A stretch of 64,000 bases of DNA from positions 10,694 through 74,693 of the IMG/VR virus record IMGVR_UViG_3300031920_000103; one strand, written 5' to 3'. The position numbers and the translations under genes are program-made. The notes beneath the pieces were generated by a model. It saw nothing but the letters and a program-made list of their open reading frames with translations, searched no databases and was not told the origin of the DNA. How positions within the stretch are numbered: the stretch's first letter is position 1; every line of letters starts with the position of its first letter. The stretch comes from a virus. This document shows positions 45,104 to 55,011 of the stretch, one piece after another.

Positions 45104-45564
45104 CCCTTGCGAACCACCGGCAAAAGTTGTGGGGAAACGAGGAAAGTACCTGAATCTAAAGCGGCACCGACCACTTGGATCACGGCCTCCGCGCCAACGC
45201 CGGGCAATGGTGGCGTGTCTGTGATCTTCGAGTCAGCGCCAACGTAGTACCGCGCGGGTGGCGTCAGACCGCTAGCTAGGATCTCGCCAAATATCTGCAC
45301 GAGGCAAGTTGTCGCGGTTGGCTTTCGCACGAGCAAACCGATCGCCGGCATGGTCGCTCTGTCTGTTATGTCAACCTTAGTCACTTGCCGCACGCCCGCG
45401 ATTAGATCGCCGGTGACGTAAACGAAATGCCCTAGCGCGTCGGTTGCTAGGCAGTCCGCTTGGAAGTACCGCCCGCGCGCAAACTGCTCTTCGTCCGATA
45501 CAGAATCGAACGTGTCGAGTTCGCGGATCGAATCGAAGCGCAGTAGTGGTCGAGGTGGTGCCAC
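45100..45564 (-). CDS. Capsid-cement/DUF2190-like structural protein
   Basis: GHFVYV..PAIGL..VQIFG..GLTP..YYV..QVVG.A pattern. Confidence 0.55.
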   Translation of the reverse strand: MAPPRPLLRFDSIRELDTFDSVSDEEQFARGRYFQADCLATDALGHFVYVTGDLIAGVRQVTKVDITDRATMPAIGLLVRKPTATTCLVQIFGEILASGLTPPARYYVGADSKITDTPPLPGVGAEAVIQVVGAALDSGTFLVSPQLLPVVRKG

Positions 45565-45623
45565 GTCCGCATCCTAACCAATTCGATCGAGGGGTACACC
45601 CTTAACCGTCATAGGATGAGGCC

Positions 45624-45899
45624 CTAGGCAATTGTGGTGGGGGGTTGCTCGCTCAAAGAGCGAGATCTAGTCGGCACAGTGTCGCCAATTTTCTTGGCTA
45701 GTTGGCGGTGCCGATAGGTGCACTCTTCCATGCCGACATAGCATTGCGCGGTGCGCTCTTCGAGTGCGGCCAATCGTGCTTCTGCGGCAAGGCCGATCTT
45801 TGGTTTGTTGGGGCTGGGAATCGTGCGATCCTCCAACACCTCGCGCCGGGATATTTCGTCCTCGGGCAGCGAGTCAAAGTCAAGTGCGGGCTGTGCCAT
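45624..45899 (-). CDS. Hypothetical protein
   Basis: ATG 45899 after AAGG. Confidence 0.5.
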   Translation of the reverse strand: MAQPALDFDSLPEDEISRREVLEDRTIPSPNKPKIGLAAEARLAALEERTAQCYVGMEECTYRHRQLAKKIGDTVPTRSRSLSEQPPTTIA

Positions 45900-45913
45900 G
45901 CTCAGAGAACCTT

Positions 45914-46213
45914 TCATCTACCGTACCGGCGTTCCATCGAGGTAAGAACCTCGTTTTGCGCCCTCGAAAGTTCGTAGTGTTGTTGCATCCACGTTTCTGC
46001 TTTGGTGATGTAGCGCTCTTCGAGTGCCATCATCTCTGACTTGTGCTCACCCGCTAGAGTTGTGAGGCGCGCCGCGTGCTCTTTGTGTAGCTCGTCTTTT
46101 TCGTCGTTAAGAGTTTTGTTCTCGCGGTCTTTGCGCCACGCAACAGCCATCGCCAACAACGCGATTATGCCGAGTACCCCGTACTCCAAAAACTTCGAGA
46201 TGATCTCTTGCAT
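45914..46213 (-). CDS. BhlA-like single-TM plus coiled-coil protein (holin-like)
   Basis: EYGVLGIIALLAMAVAW followed by charged heptads. Confidence 0.6.
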   Translation of the reverse strand: MQEIISKFLEYGVLGIIALLAMAVAWRKDRENKTLNDEKDELHKEHAARLTTLAGEHKSEMMALEERYITKAETWMQQHYELSRAQNEVLTSMERRYGR

Positions 46214-46328
46214 GATGCTGTGCCACTTTATACACCTGTCGTAGTAAGTCTACACCAAACAGATAGACTTGCGGGGGGCGGTAAGTTGTCGCGTTTGGAT
46301 CAACTTGCAAACGTTGCAAAGCTAGCTA

Positions 46329-48089
46329 TTACCCAATCGCGGGAAGCGTGTACCGAACCACGATGCCGTAAACGTCGTGTGTGTTGCCGGGCGTGCCCGC
46401 TACGTCGGTGTCTTGCGCGTGCACCGTCACGTAATATTGGCGCAATACATTGCTGACCGTTTCGGCCCCGACGTTTGGGGTCGTCTGTAAAATCGCTCCG
46501 ATGCCGGTAAACAGCGCGTCTGACCTCAACCGGGTGTTGATAAAGTCGACTAGCTCTGTGCCTACCATGGTGGTGTCTTGCCGGTGCGATCGAATGCTGA
46601 TCTGCGTGGCGGAACTGTTGCCGTCTGTAGACGTGCCGAGAACGTACACGCGATTTATCGTCGCGCCTTGCGGCAGCCCGTTGAGCGCGAACACAAGTGC
46701 GTGCGACCTAGTTACGCTGCTCGTTACGCGCCAGAATCTACGCGTGCCGTTTGCGTTCCATGTCCATGAGCCGCCGCCGCCGCCCGGAGACCCCGAACTT
46801 TCTTGGCCCGCGCCCATGTCAGCGCGGAAGTAGCGTTGGCCGCCGCGTACAGTGTTGGCAATACCAGTCAGGGCGAGTCCTAGGTTAGTGATGCCGCCAT
46901 AGTCGAGCCCTAGCGAGGTGCCCATGCCTAGTAGACCGACGCCGCCCCAGTTGCTCGCGACCGTCTCCGATGCAAGGTCTGCTATAATACCATCAGCGCG
47001 GCTTTGCACACCCTCGCTAGGGCGTACATGCCCGCCTATTGTTGACTCCCAAGTCGGGGCGGCCGGCAAACCAACCTTGTTGCCACCGTTTACGCTACCA
47101 AGGTCAGCGATTATGCCGTCAACGCGACCCTGCACGCCCTCTGCGGCACGTGTAGCGGCGTCAAACCACGCGGAGGAAACCGGCAGCCCAATCTTTGCCG
47201 CGCCGCTTGCTGCGGCTAGGTCGGTAATGATCCCGTCCGTTCTCGCCTTTAGGGTTTCGGCGATCCTGCTAGTCGCGTCATTCCATGCGGGCGACGCGTC
47301 TGCCTTAATTTTTGCGGAGCCCGCGCCCGTTGCTAGGTCCGTGATGATCTTGTCAAGCTGCAACTCGACGCTAGTTGCCCCGTTAAGAGTTCCATCCGCC
47401 CAAGCGCCACCGCCCGCGTAGCCGATTAGACCACTGCCCGAGTTTACGAAATCGTTGATCTGATCTTGGAACGCTTGCAGCGTCGGCAACACAGTGCCGT
47501 TGCGCGAATTGTTCGGTGCTCCGGTGATAACGAAAACGTCTTGCCTACGCGTTAGCGAATCGATGTCAGCGTTTACGATCACGCTCTGCCCAAACACAAA
47601 AGTGATGTCCGCTAGTAGCAGTTGATCGGGGCGCAGCGCAGTAGCGACCTCAAGACCGGAAACAGCTTCCGCGCCCTGCACGACGTTGAACTTGTAAGAC
47701 TCGGAACGCTCAAAGAAAACTTGCGCGGTGTTGCCGTCAGTGCGTGGGTCGGAAAGAAGACGATCGAACTCGACGAAAATGCTGACGATCTTTGCGTTGC
47801 CCGGTGTCGTTACCGACGTTGCGTTTGTGAACTCGTCAGCGGAGCAATCCACTGCCTGCTCTGACGCCCACGAAACGCGACGCCCTTGCTGATCGTAGCA
47901 AAGGCCGGGGCCGGCTACGTCAACGCTTAGCGAAGTTGTAAGCCGCTCGCTAACCTCGCCGCCTTGGAAAACTCCGATAAGGTTTTGATCAGCTATTAAC
48001 GCGCGTTGCGCTACCTCCGAATGATCAAACCCCTCATCAAGTTCTGCCTCGGTGAGTAGCTGACGAAAGTAGTAGTCTTTGCGATCCAT
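46329..48089 (-). CDS. Tail fibre-like protein A
   Basis: N-terminus DRKDYYFRQLL is shared with the next gene. Has ~35-aa W.D.T..(A)E....DGIIADL repeats and a distinct C-terminal head. Confidence 0.75.
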   Translation of the reverse strand: MDRKDYYFRQLLTEAELDEGFDHSEVAQRALIADQNLIGVFQGGEVSERLTTSLSVDVAGPGLCYDQQGRRVSWASEQAVDCSADEFTNATSVTTPGNAKIVSIFVEFDRLLSDPRTDGNTAQVFFERSESYKFNVVQGAEAVSGLEVATALRPDQLLLADITFVFGQSVIVNADIDSLTRRQDVFVITGAPNNSRNGTVLPTLQAFQDQINDFVNSGSGLIGYAGGGAWADGTLNGATSVELQLDKIITDLATGAGSAKIKADASPAWNDATSRIAETLKARTDGIITDLAAASGAAKIGLPVSSAWFDAATRAAEGVQGRVDGIIADLGSVNGGNKVGLPAAPTWESTIGGHVRPSEGVQSRADGIIADLASETVASNWGGVGLLGMGTSLGLDYGGITNLGLALTGIANTVRGGQRYFRADMGAGQESSGSPGGGGGSWTWNANGTRRFWRVTSSVTRSHALVFALNGLPQGATINRVYVLGTSTDGNSSATQISIRSHRQDTTMVGTELVDFINTRLRSDALFTGIGAILQTTPNVGAETVSNVLRQYYVTVHAQDTDVAGTPGNTHDVYGIVVRYTLPAIG

Positions 48090-48090
48090 T

Positions 48091-49599
48091 TTAAGATACC
48101 AATTCTTTGTACGAGTACAGACCGTGCGTTATGGTGCACGCCGCACCAGTAGTGTAAACCTCTATGCAGTACCTACGCGTAAAGCCGTTCACGCTCTGAG
48201 ACAAGCCAGACTGCGAAAGGCCGAGACCGGCTAGCGACCCCGTTTGTTGGGCACCTACAGTTTCTCGGCCCGTGCCCATCGCGATAATCCTTGCACTCGC
48301 AGAACCGGTACCGACAAGCCGAAACCCGGTAATCACGCAAGGGGACGGCAGCGAGATAGGAATAAACAGCACCGTGCTCCCAGCGGGTGCGCTCCACCCG
48401 GCGATGTCTTGCGTGACCTCCGTATGCACCCACGGGGCGTTGCCCCCGTACGACGCCATTAGCTGATCGCGAGCGGCTTCTAGTTGTAGTGTTGCGCTAA
48501 CCTCGCGCCCTAGATGCGTCTCGATCGATTCGAGTGTCTGTTGCACAGATTCGCCGGCTGTGATCAACCCGGTTGCGCCGGATGCAACGCCGATGCGGGC
48601 AGCACCGGCGTTCGCCACAAGGTCAGAGATGATCGAGTCTAGCCGCTGGTCTACTCGCTCTGCGGGATTTGCGGTTGCGTCGTGCCAAGCCGGCCCGATA
48701 GCGGTTAGAATCTTCGCGGCACCCGCACCGGTCGCTAGGTCGGCGACTATCGACTCTACCCGTTGGCCTAGCTGCTCTGCGGGGTTCGTTGTTCCGTCAG
48801 CCCAAGCCGTACCCGCAGCGATTGCGATTTTTGCGGAGCCCGCGCCCGTTGCTAGGTCTGCAATGATTTTATCAAGCTGCAACTCAACAGTCGTTGCGGG
48901 GTTGGTTGTGCCATCCGCCCAAGCGCCACCGCCCGCGTATCCGATGCCGGCGTTAAGAATAGTGTTTACTTGGTCTTGGAACGCTTGCAGCGCGTCGTTA
49001 GGCGTTCCGGCGCGTTGGTTGTTTGGCGTGCCCGTAAGCACAAACGTGTCCTGCCTCCGCGTGATGTCAATGTCTGCGTCGAGGATCGCAGCTTGCGCAG
49101 TGATCAGCGTGATGTCGCAAAGCAGGATTTGACCGACGCGTAAAGCGGGTGCGACCTCGCCGCCCGCCGCAACCGTAGCGCCGGCGACCACGTTTATTTT
49201 GAATGACTCCGCGCGATCGAAAAAGATCGTTGCGCCGTTCCCGTCAACTCGCGAGTCAGACAGAGTGCGCGTGAACTCCGCGAACACAGAAATAATACGC
49301 GCGTTGCCACCACCGACCACAAAGGTTAGATTGCCGTCCTCGTCCGTTGAGCAATCGAGGCTTTGTGTTGGCGACCAAAAGATCCGTTGGCCAGCTTGGT
49401 CGTAAATCACTGCGGGGCCGGCAACGTCAACCGTCAGGTTTGGCACCGCCGCCTCTGCTACGCCTGCACCCTGAAAAATACCGACCAACCTTTGATCGGA
49501 AATTGCCAGACGATCGGCGGCTTCCAATTGGTCAAATCCTGCGTCGAGTTCCGACTCAGTTACCAGTTGTTTGAAGTAGTAATTTTTTCGATCAGCCAT
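48091..49599 (-). CDS. Tail fibre-like protein B (paralog of A)
   Basis: DRKNYYFKQLV N-terminus, the same repeats and a different C-terminus. Confidence 0.75.
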   Translation of the reverse strand: MADRKNYYFKQLVTESELDAGFDQLEAADRLAISDQRLVGIFQGAGVAEAAVPNLTVDVAGPAVIYDQAGQRIFWSPTQSLDCSTDEDGNLTFVVGGGNARIISVFAEFTRTLSDSRVDGNGATIFFDRAESFKINVVAGATVAAGGEVAPALRVGQILLCDITLITAQAAILDADIDITRRQDTFVLTGTPNNQRAGTPNDALQAFQDQVNTILNAGIGYAGGGAWADGTTNPATTVELQLDKIIADLATGAGSAKIAIAAGTAWADGTTNPAEQLGQRVESIVADLATGAGAAKILTAIGPAWHDATANPAERVDQRLDSIISDLVANAGAARIGVASGATGLITAGESVQQTLESIETHLGREVSATLQLEAARDQLMASYGGNAPWVHTEVTQDIAGWSAPAGSTVLFIPISLPSPCVITGFRLVGTGSASARIIAMGTGRETVGAQQTGSLAGLGLSQSGLSQSVNGFTRRYCIEVYTTGAACTITHGLYSYKELVS

Positions 49600-49614
49600 A
49601 TCAGCGCCTTGATG

Positions 49615-50958
49615 TTAGTGGAGTTCCCAAGTATCGCCAAGCCCAGAAGTGCCAAGCTCTAGGTGGTTAGGATCGATCGTGGGTTCAATGATCGATCCTA
49701 GGTGCGTATGCGCCGGTTTCATTAGGTTTGCTAGTTCGGTTATTTGTGTGCGTTGCGTGTCCGTTAGGGCAACCGGGGATTGCACTGTGAAGGTGTAGCG
49801 CGCCGCCGATGAGCTAGGGGCGAGCACAAAGTCAAACCCTAGCTCGCTCTCGCCTAGCGATCCGCTCGTGCCCAAGTACGGCACGCAAGTAACCTCGACG
49901 CCCACGAAAAAACGTACCGCGTTCTCGACACCCACGCACGTGCCCTTTTGCTTGTACAGCGGTACAAGGATCGAAATCAGTCTGCGTTGATCGATGTCGG
50001 ATAGCTCAAAGTTAAACGGGTTGCCTAGGTCGCACAACATGCCGGTCAGCCAAGGCTCGTCGGCTAAATCCGGATCGATGATATCTGAGAACGCGTCGAT
50101 GTCCGCTAGGATCAGATTCACAACGTCTTGCAGGCAAAGAATGAACCTATGCAGATCGCCGGTCGCGTCCTCTTGCCTGTTTATGCGCGGAAGCATCCGC
50201 CACAATTCCCAGTTGCGGCCGGCGGGTATGGTGGGCACAAACGAATCGAAAAGAGCGGTGTGGTCAGGCGGTAAAACTACGTTGCCGGAAACATCCGCCG
50301 CGTTTACTACAGACACCAAATACGGAACGCCGATACTTAGATCGATGTCAGTCGTAACGTCGACTGACGTTGTTGTTACCGACTCGACAGAGATCGCGGT
50401 TGCCGTTACGGCGGGAAGAGTTTGTGGCGCAAACGAGTAGTTTGCGGGGTTCATTGCGTCGTTTGAATTAGCCCCGAGAACTTGCAACATAGCCTCGTTG
50501 AAAGTAACGCGAACAACGTTTAGCGATTGCGCTTCTGCGCTCGCAACCTGTGGCGGTGTCGTGTCCTCGACGTTGAACTCGTAAGTCTCGTCGAGCGATG
50601 TTAGGCCGGCAGACGTGCCCGTTGCTCTAACTGCGATCGTCGCATCGCTGGTAAAGTCGATCGTCGGATCGATTGTGACCTGCAAAGTGTTCGCGTCGAC
50701 CGCAGCCGTGCCGGATCCGCCTCCGTTCCAACCAACAGCAAAACCGCCCGCGAGTGTCCACGCCGATACGCCGTCAATTAGAACCCCCGCAGTGTCTAGG
50801 GAAAACCCCGAGGCAACAGCGATGTCGAGAACAACAAGCGCGTCTTTCGCTACGTTATCCTCAAGCGGTGCCGGTGCTTGGTTCATGAGCACAACGTCAG
50901 CGGGTGCGCTCAGCGCGAGGTCGTCAAGATAGACGGCGGGTAGTGTTACGAAAGCCAC
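49615..50958 (-). CDS. Baseplate/tail protein (P2 gpI-like C-terminal domain with Ig-like N-terminal domains)
   Basis: DPDLADEPWLTGMLCDLG..LYKQKGT..ANLMKPAHT; DTTPPQV Ig-like linker. Confidence 0.75.
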   Translation of the reverse strand: MAFVTLPAVYLDDLALSAPADVVLMNQAPAPLEDNVAKDALVVLDIAVASGFSLDTAGVLIDGVSAWTLAGGFAVGWNGGGSGTAAVDANTLQVTIDPTIDFTSDATIAVRATGTSAGLTSLDETYEFNVEDTTPPQVASAEAQSLNVVRVTFNEAMLQVLGANSNDAMNPANYSFAPQTLPAVTATAISVESVTTTSVDVTTDIDLSIGVPYLVSVVNAADVSGNVVLPPDHTALFDSFVPTIPAGRNWELWRMLPRINRQEDATGDLHRFILCLQDVVNLILADIDAFSDIIDPDLADEPWLTGMLCDLGNPFNFELSDIDQRRLISILVPLYKQKGTCVGVENAVRFFVGVEVTCVPYLGTSGSLGESELGFDFVLAPSSSAARYTFTVQSPVALTDTQRTQITELANLMKPAHTHLGSIIEPTIDPNHLELGTSGLGDTWELH

Positions 50959-51411
50959 TTAGACTAGCTCCAATCGGATCGCAACGGTGTGGTCGCCAAC
51001 GTAGGCTGACACGTTCGCCGTCAGGGTTGTGTCGATCACTGCGTCGGCACCAAATGTTCTGCTAGCGTGCTCGACCGCGCCAACGCGTAGCGATATTTTC
51101 CACCCGGAAGTTCCCGCCGCGATTTCTGCGGGTCCGCGAATTTGCATGGGCACGTGAAAATAGCTTTCGATATCGAAATCGCCGATCTGCGTTACCTCGA
51201 TGTAGTCGCCCACCGCAAGCTCTGCGAGGTGCTCGGGTGCCGCGCCGTCGATACCCAAGCAAAAAGTGTAGTCGCCCTCTACGGCCGGCTGACCGTTCGG
51301 ATCGACGCGCCCTTGTTGCCTGCCGAATAGCATATCCCACGGGGAAACGCCGGGCTCACCACCAACGCCGGTGCCCCAACTACTGCCCCACGGTGCGACT
51401 GCCCACCCCAC
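50959..51411 (-). CDS. Hypothetical virion protein
   Basis: Beta-rich ORF in operon. Confidence 0.65.
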   Translation of the reverse strand: MGWAVAPWGSSWGTGVGGEPGVSPWDMLFGRQQGRVDPNGQPAVEGDYTFCLGIDGAAPEHLAELAVGDYIEVTQIGDFDIESYFHVPMQIRGPAEIAAGTSGWKISLRVGAVEHASRTFGADAVIDTTLTANVSAYVGDHTVAIRLELV

Positions 51412-51412
51412 C

Positions 51413-53497
51413 TTATGCGATTACCTTAGCCGTGATGTCGGAGCCGGCTAGGATGCCCGCAGCTACGTTGCTCAGGAACACGAGGCTAGTCAGGTTCGCT
51501 GTAGCGTCGTCGTACACGCCGGCACCCGCTTGGTAGTCCATAACGTCGCCGGCGTCTCGCGACCCGGTGAAGTGATAGCGACGCTTCGTACTGACCCCGT
51601 TTGTGGTTCTGGCTGCGTGCAGGATCATTTTGAAGTGCAAAGCGTGGTACGTCGCAGCCGCAACAGTCCAGCTAGACAAACGCCATGTCGTAGCCTCAGC
51701 AATAACCGACGAGCCTTTGTGCTGCGATGATTTTAGGTTGGTGGTTACATTGTTAGGGCGCACAACGATGTTGCCTACACCCAACGCCAACAACAGTCGC
51801 CCGGTTATTTCGTACACGGAGTCTGCGTCTCCGTCGAGCCCTGTCAGAGTTACACTCGTGGCGGCGGTCCCCACGACTACACTGATCGGGGACGGGCCTC
51901 GCAAGTCTGCTACCGTTACTCGCCTCTTACCGAAGGTCGCCGCGCTGTCCTCTAACAAGAGTAGGTCTGCGCCATCTAACGGCGCAGCCTTTGGCCCAAT
52001 ACCGTTAAACTCGTTGCTTATGTTTCCGTGAATAGCCGCCGGGTCAGAGGGTGCGGGTAGTGCGCTTATGAGCGCCTTCTTTTTTAGAAAAGAGTCAGCG
52101 CTATCCTCAATTAAGATAATGTCTGAGCCAAGTGGTGATGCCTTAGTTGTTATCGCGTTGATCTCACCGCCCGCAGTATCGTGAATAGCGGAAGTGTCTA
52201 CACCGTCGCCGCTTAGCATAGAGCTAAGAGTTGTTCGCTTTTTGGCGAAAGCCGCTGCGCTATCCTCGATCAGAATAACGTCGGCAGAAACAGCGTTAGG
52301 CTTGAGCGCAATAGCATTGATCTCACCAGCAACATCGTCGTGGATCGCTGTGCCCCCACCGCCAGCGATTAGGTCTGCTACCGTTACTCGCCTCTTCCCA
52401 AATGTAGCTTCGCTGTCCTCTAACAAGAGCAGGTCATCACCTACCGGTACGGCCTTCGGCCCAATACCGTTAAACTCGTTGCTTATGTTTCCGTGAATAG
52501 CCGCCGGGTCAGAGGGTGCGGGTAGTGCGCTTATGAGCGCCTTCTTTTTTAGAAAAGAGTCAGCGCTATCCTCAATTAAGATAATGTCTGAGCCAAGTGG
52601 TGATGCCTTAGTTGTTATCGCGTTGATCTCACCGCCCGCAGTATCGTGAATAGCGGAAGTGTCTACACCGTCGCCGCTTAGCATAGAGCTAAGAGTTGTT
52701 CGCTTTTTGGCGAAAGCCGCTGCGCTATCCTCGATCAGAATAACGTCGGCAGAAACAGCGTTAGGCTTGAGCGCAATAGCATTGATCTCACCAGCAACGT
52801 TGTCATGTATAGCGGTAGTGTCTGTGCGGTTATCCGTTAGGCGCGGGTCATTTGTATCAATTAGATCCGCGTCGCTTATTTTAGAGTTGAGGTTGATCAG
52901 CGTATCGGGGTCGTGGTCTGCGCCACCTAGCGCGTGGTTTGCGATCCCTGTGTCCGCTTGCCAAGTTGCGTTCGTTGGGCTTGTCGCTTTTAGAACTTGC
53001 CCCATCGTCGGAGGCACCGCAGCGTTGACAATAACGGGTGCGCCTGTGGTCGATAGTGCGTCAGCCGAGCCGCCCGTAGCGACCGCATCTAGTGCCCTCA
53101 TACCCGCCACGAAATCGGGGTGGTACGAATCCTCGTTGCCGCCCTCGTTATAGTCGCCGCTCTGCTCGTTTAGTCCGGGCAAACGCATACCGGAATTCGG
53201 CAACGCAACAGCGACAAGAATTTTTGCGCGGTAGTTATTGTCAACGATAACGTCGACCGTGTACGTGCCTGTTACGTCCATCACGAGCGCGGGTGTTGCC
53301 GTCAGCGGGTCTGTTAGAACCGCAGCCGATAGCGGGGGTCTGTCTGACAGAAACCAAGCGTGAGACGCCGCCCCGTTCGCAACCTCAAGGTCAGCAAAAG
53401 CGCAAGACTCCCCAATGCCAAAATCTTTGCGGCCCTCGCCCTGCGTGCCTACGCCCGCAATGGATCCTGTGGTCTGAATTATCGGTTTTGCTGACAT
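51413..53497 (-). CDS. Fibre-like protein with six ~51-aa repeats
   Basis: AIH....E.N.I..K......D..L.EDS...F.K repeats, arranged as a duplicated triplet. Confidence 0.8.
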   Translation of the reverse strand: MSAKPIIQTTGSIAGVGTQGEGRKDFGIGESCAFADLEVANGAASHAWFLSDRPPLSAAVLTDPLTATPALVMDVTGTYTVDVIVDNNYRAKILVAVALPNSGMRLPGLNEQSGDYNEGGNEDSYHPDFVAGMRALDAVATGGSADALSTTGAPVIVNAAVPPTMGQVLKATSPTNATWQADTGIANHALGGADHDPDTLINLNSKISDADLIDTNDPRLTDNRTDTTAIHDNVAGEINAIALKPNAVSADVILIEDSAAAFAKKRTTLSSMLSGDGVDTSAIHDTAGGEINAITTKASPLGSDIILIEDSADSFLKKKALISALPAPSDPAAIHGNISNEFNGIGPKAVPVGDDLLLLEDSEATFGKRRVTVADLIAGGGGTAIHDDVAGEINAIALKPNAVSADVILIEDSAAAFAKKRTTLSSMLSGDGVDTSAIHDTAGGEINAITTKASPLGSDIILIEDSADSFLKKKALISALPAPSDPAAIHGNISNEFNGIGPKAAPLDGADLLLLEDSAATFGKRRVTVADLRGPSPISVVVGTAATSVTLTGLDGDADSVYEITGRLLLALGVGNIVVRPNNVTTNLKSSQHKGSSVIAEATTWRLSSWTVAAATYHALHFKMILHAARTTNGVSTKRRYHFTGSRDAGDVMDYQAGAGVYDDATANLTSLVFLSNVAAGILAGSDITAKVIA
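51993..52798. repeat. Tandem duplication, 465-nt period, 341-nt apparently identical core
   Basis: 51993-52333 matches 52458-52798 with no mismatch found by eye. Confidence 0.9.
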
Positions 53498-53519
53498 GGT
53501 TCTAGTCCTTAATGATCTA

Positions 53520-54245
53520 TCAGAGCTGACGCGAAACGGTTACGTGGTCGAAAAAGCCGCGCCGCGCTACGTCGGCGGTCTGGAATGCGTAGCCCGCGCG
53601 CCCGTCCGCGTATGGGGCTGACCCGGAGTTGGCCCCGATCGCGTCGTCGATGTACGCGCGCCCGGTGTCGGGTGCCGGTGTCCACTCCATTCCGGGGATC
53701 TCTTCCCAGACCGGAGCCCCAACCGCGTTCGCATCGAGGTCAGAGGCGAACGCTAAGAGCACTACGTCGCCGTTTAGGTTCGCCACCATGTCTAGGCGCA
53801 GATGCAGCCAAGTGCCGGCAGGATAGCTTAGCGTGCCCTTAGCGAGCACGCCGTTTGTGCCGGGGTCGTCGCTTGGGATCCCGCCGTTGATCGCACCCTT
53901 GCGCAGCACGATATGGTGCGGGGCCTCGTCGGACATTCCGAGCGAGTAACCTAGATCGGACACGTCAAACCCTTGCAATCCGATAAAAAGGAACGGGGAA
54001 AATCCGGCGTTGCCGCCACTAACCGCGCGCTGTACCGCGCCGGTGATACGGCCGCCCTTTGCCATGGGTGCAAAGTTTGCCAAGTTGGTAAATCTCCCAA
54101 CTGTGCCCGGTGTCGCGGTTATAGAGTTGAACCCAAACACGAAACTGCCGCCTCCGTTTGGTGGGACGAATCCGGCGGATGCGCCGCGCAATACGTCGCC
54201 CGTGCTTAGTGAGCTTGCTAGCTCGGTCCAATCTGCTTCAGCCAT
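53520..54245 (-). CDS. Beta-sandwich virion protein (paralog 1)
   Basis: MAEADWTEL..PMAKGGRITGAVQRA..WLHLRLDMV..GRAGYAF. Confidence 0.75.
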   Translation of the reverse strand: MAEADWTELASSLSTGDVLRGASAGFVPPNGGGSFVFGFNSITATPGTVGRFTNLANFAPMAKGGRITGAVQRAVSGGNAGFSPFLFIGLQGFDVSDLGYSLGMSDEAPHHIVLRKGAINGGIPSDDPGTNGVLAKGTLSYPAGTWLHLRLDMVANLNGDVVLLAFASDLDANAVGAPVWEEIPGMEWTPAPDTGRAYIDDAIGANSGSAPYADGRAGYAFQTADVARRGFFDHVTVSRQL

Positions 54246-54264
54246 TTCTGTCCTCTTTTTCCTA

Positions 54265-55011
54265 TTACGCTAATTGCCTAAATAAAGTAATGCGTGCGAA
54301 GTACGCGCGGCGCGCAACGTCACTGCACTGAAATGCGAAACCGGCACGCCCGTTTATGTACGGCGCGCTCCCGGAATTAACGGCGAGAGCGTCGTCTATA
54401 AATGCTCTTCCGGGCGACGGGTCGGGCCATTCCATGCCGGGGATCGAAGACCACACGGAATCGGGCATGGTCTCGGAACTTAGATCGCTTTGGAAGCATA
54501 GCAACACTGTGTCGCCGTTCTCGTTAACGACCATATCGATACGCAAGTGGTGCCAAGTCTCGGGCGGAAACACTTGCGACCCGCGCGCCAGAACTCCGTC
54601 AGTACCTACAGGGGAATCGGGTACGCCATCGCTTAGCTTACCCTTCCTAAGAATAATTCTGTGCGGTGACGAGTCGGATAGGCCAAGTATGTACCCCGTG
54701 TCCTCCGTCATAGTGCCCTGCAAACCTATAAATAGCATAGGCGCAAATCCCGTGGTACCGCCGCTAGGTGCACGTTGCACCGCACCGACAATGCGCCCGC
54801 CCTTAGCCATAGGGTTAAAGTCGGGACTACCGCTCATCTGGCTTAGGCGATTGCTGTACGAGCCTGCAACGCCGGTAACGAGTGCGCGTGATGCGAATCC
54901 GTAAACAGTGTCGCCGCCGTCAGGATCATTAACGCTACCCGCGTATCCGCGATCGATCTCGTCGGCCTTACTAAGCGAGCCGGCTAGCTCTATCCAATCA
55001 GATTGTGCCAT
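54265..55011 (-). CDS. Beta-sandwich virion protein (paralog 2)
   Basis: MAQSDWIEL..PMAKGGRIVGAVQRA..WHHLRIDMV..GRAGFAF. Confidence 0.75.
   Translation of the reverse strand: MAQSDWIELAGSLSKADEIDRGYAGSVNDPDGGDTVYGFASRALVTGVAGSYSNRLSQMSGSPDFNPMAKGGRIVGAVQRAPSGGTTGFAPMLFIGLQGTMTEDTGYILGLSDSSPHRIILRKGKLSDGVPDSPVGTDGVLARGSQVFPPETWHHLRIDMVVNENGDTVLLCFQSDLSSETMPDSVWSSIPGMEWPDPSPGRAFIDDALAVNSGSAPYINGRAGFAFQCSDVARRAYFARITLFRQLA

Noticed and set aside
51993-52798. Diversity-generating retroelement TR/VR pair
   Set aside because: The copies are identical rather than differing at adenines, both are in frame in one gene, and no reverse transcriptase is present.
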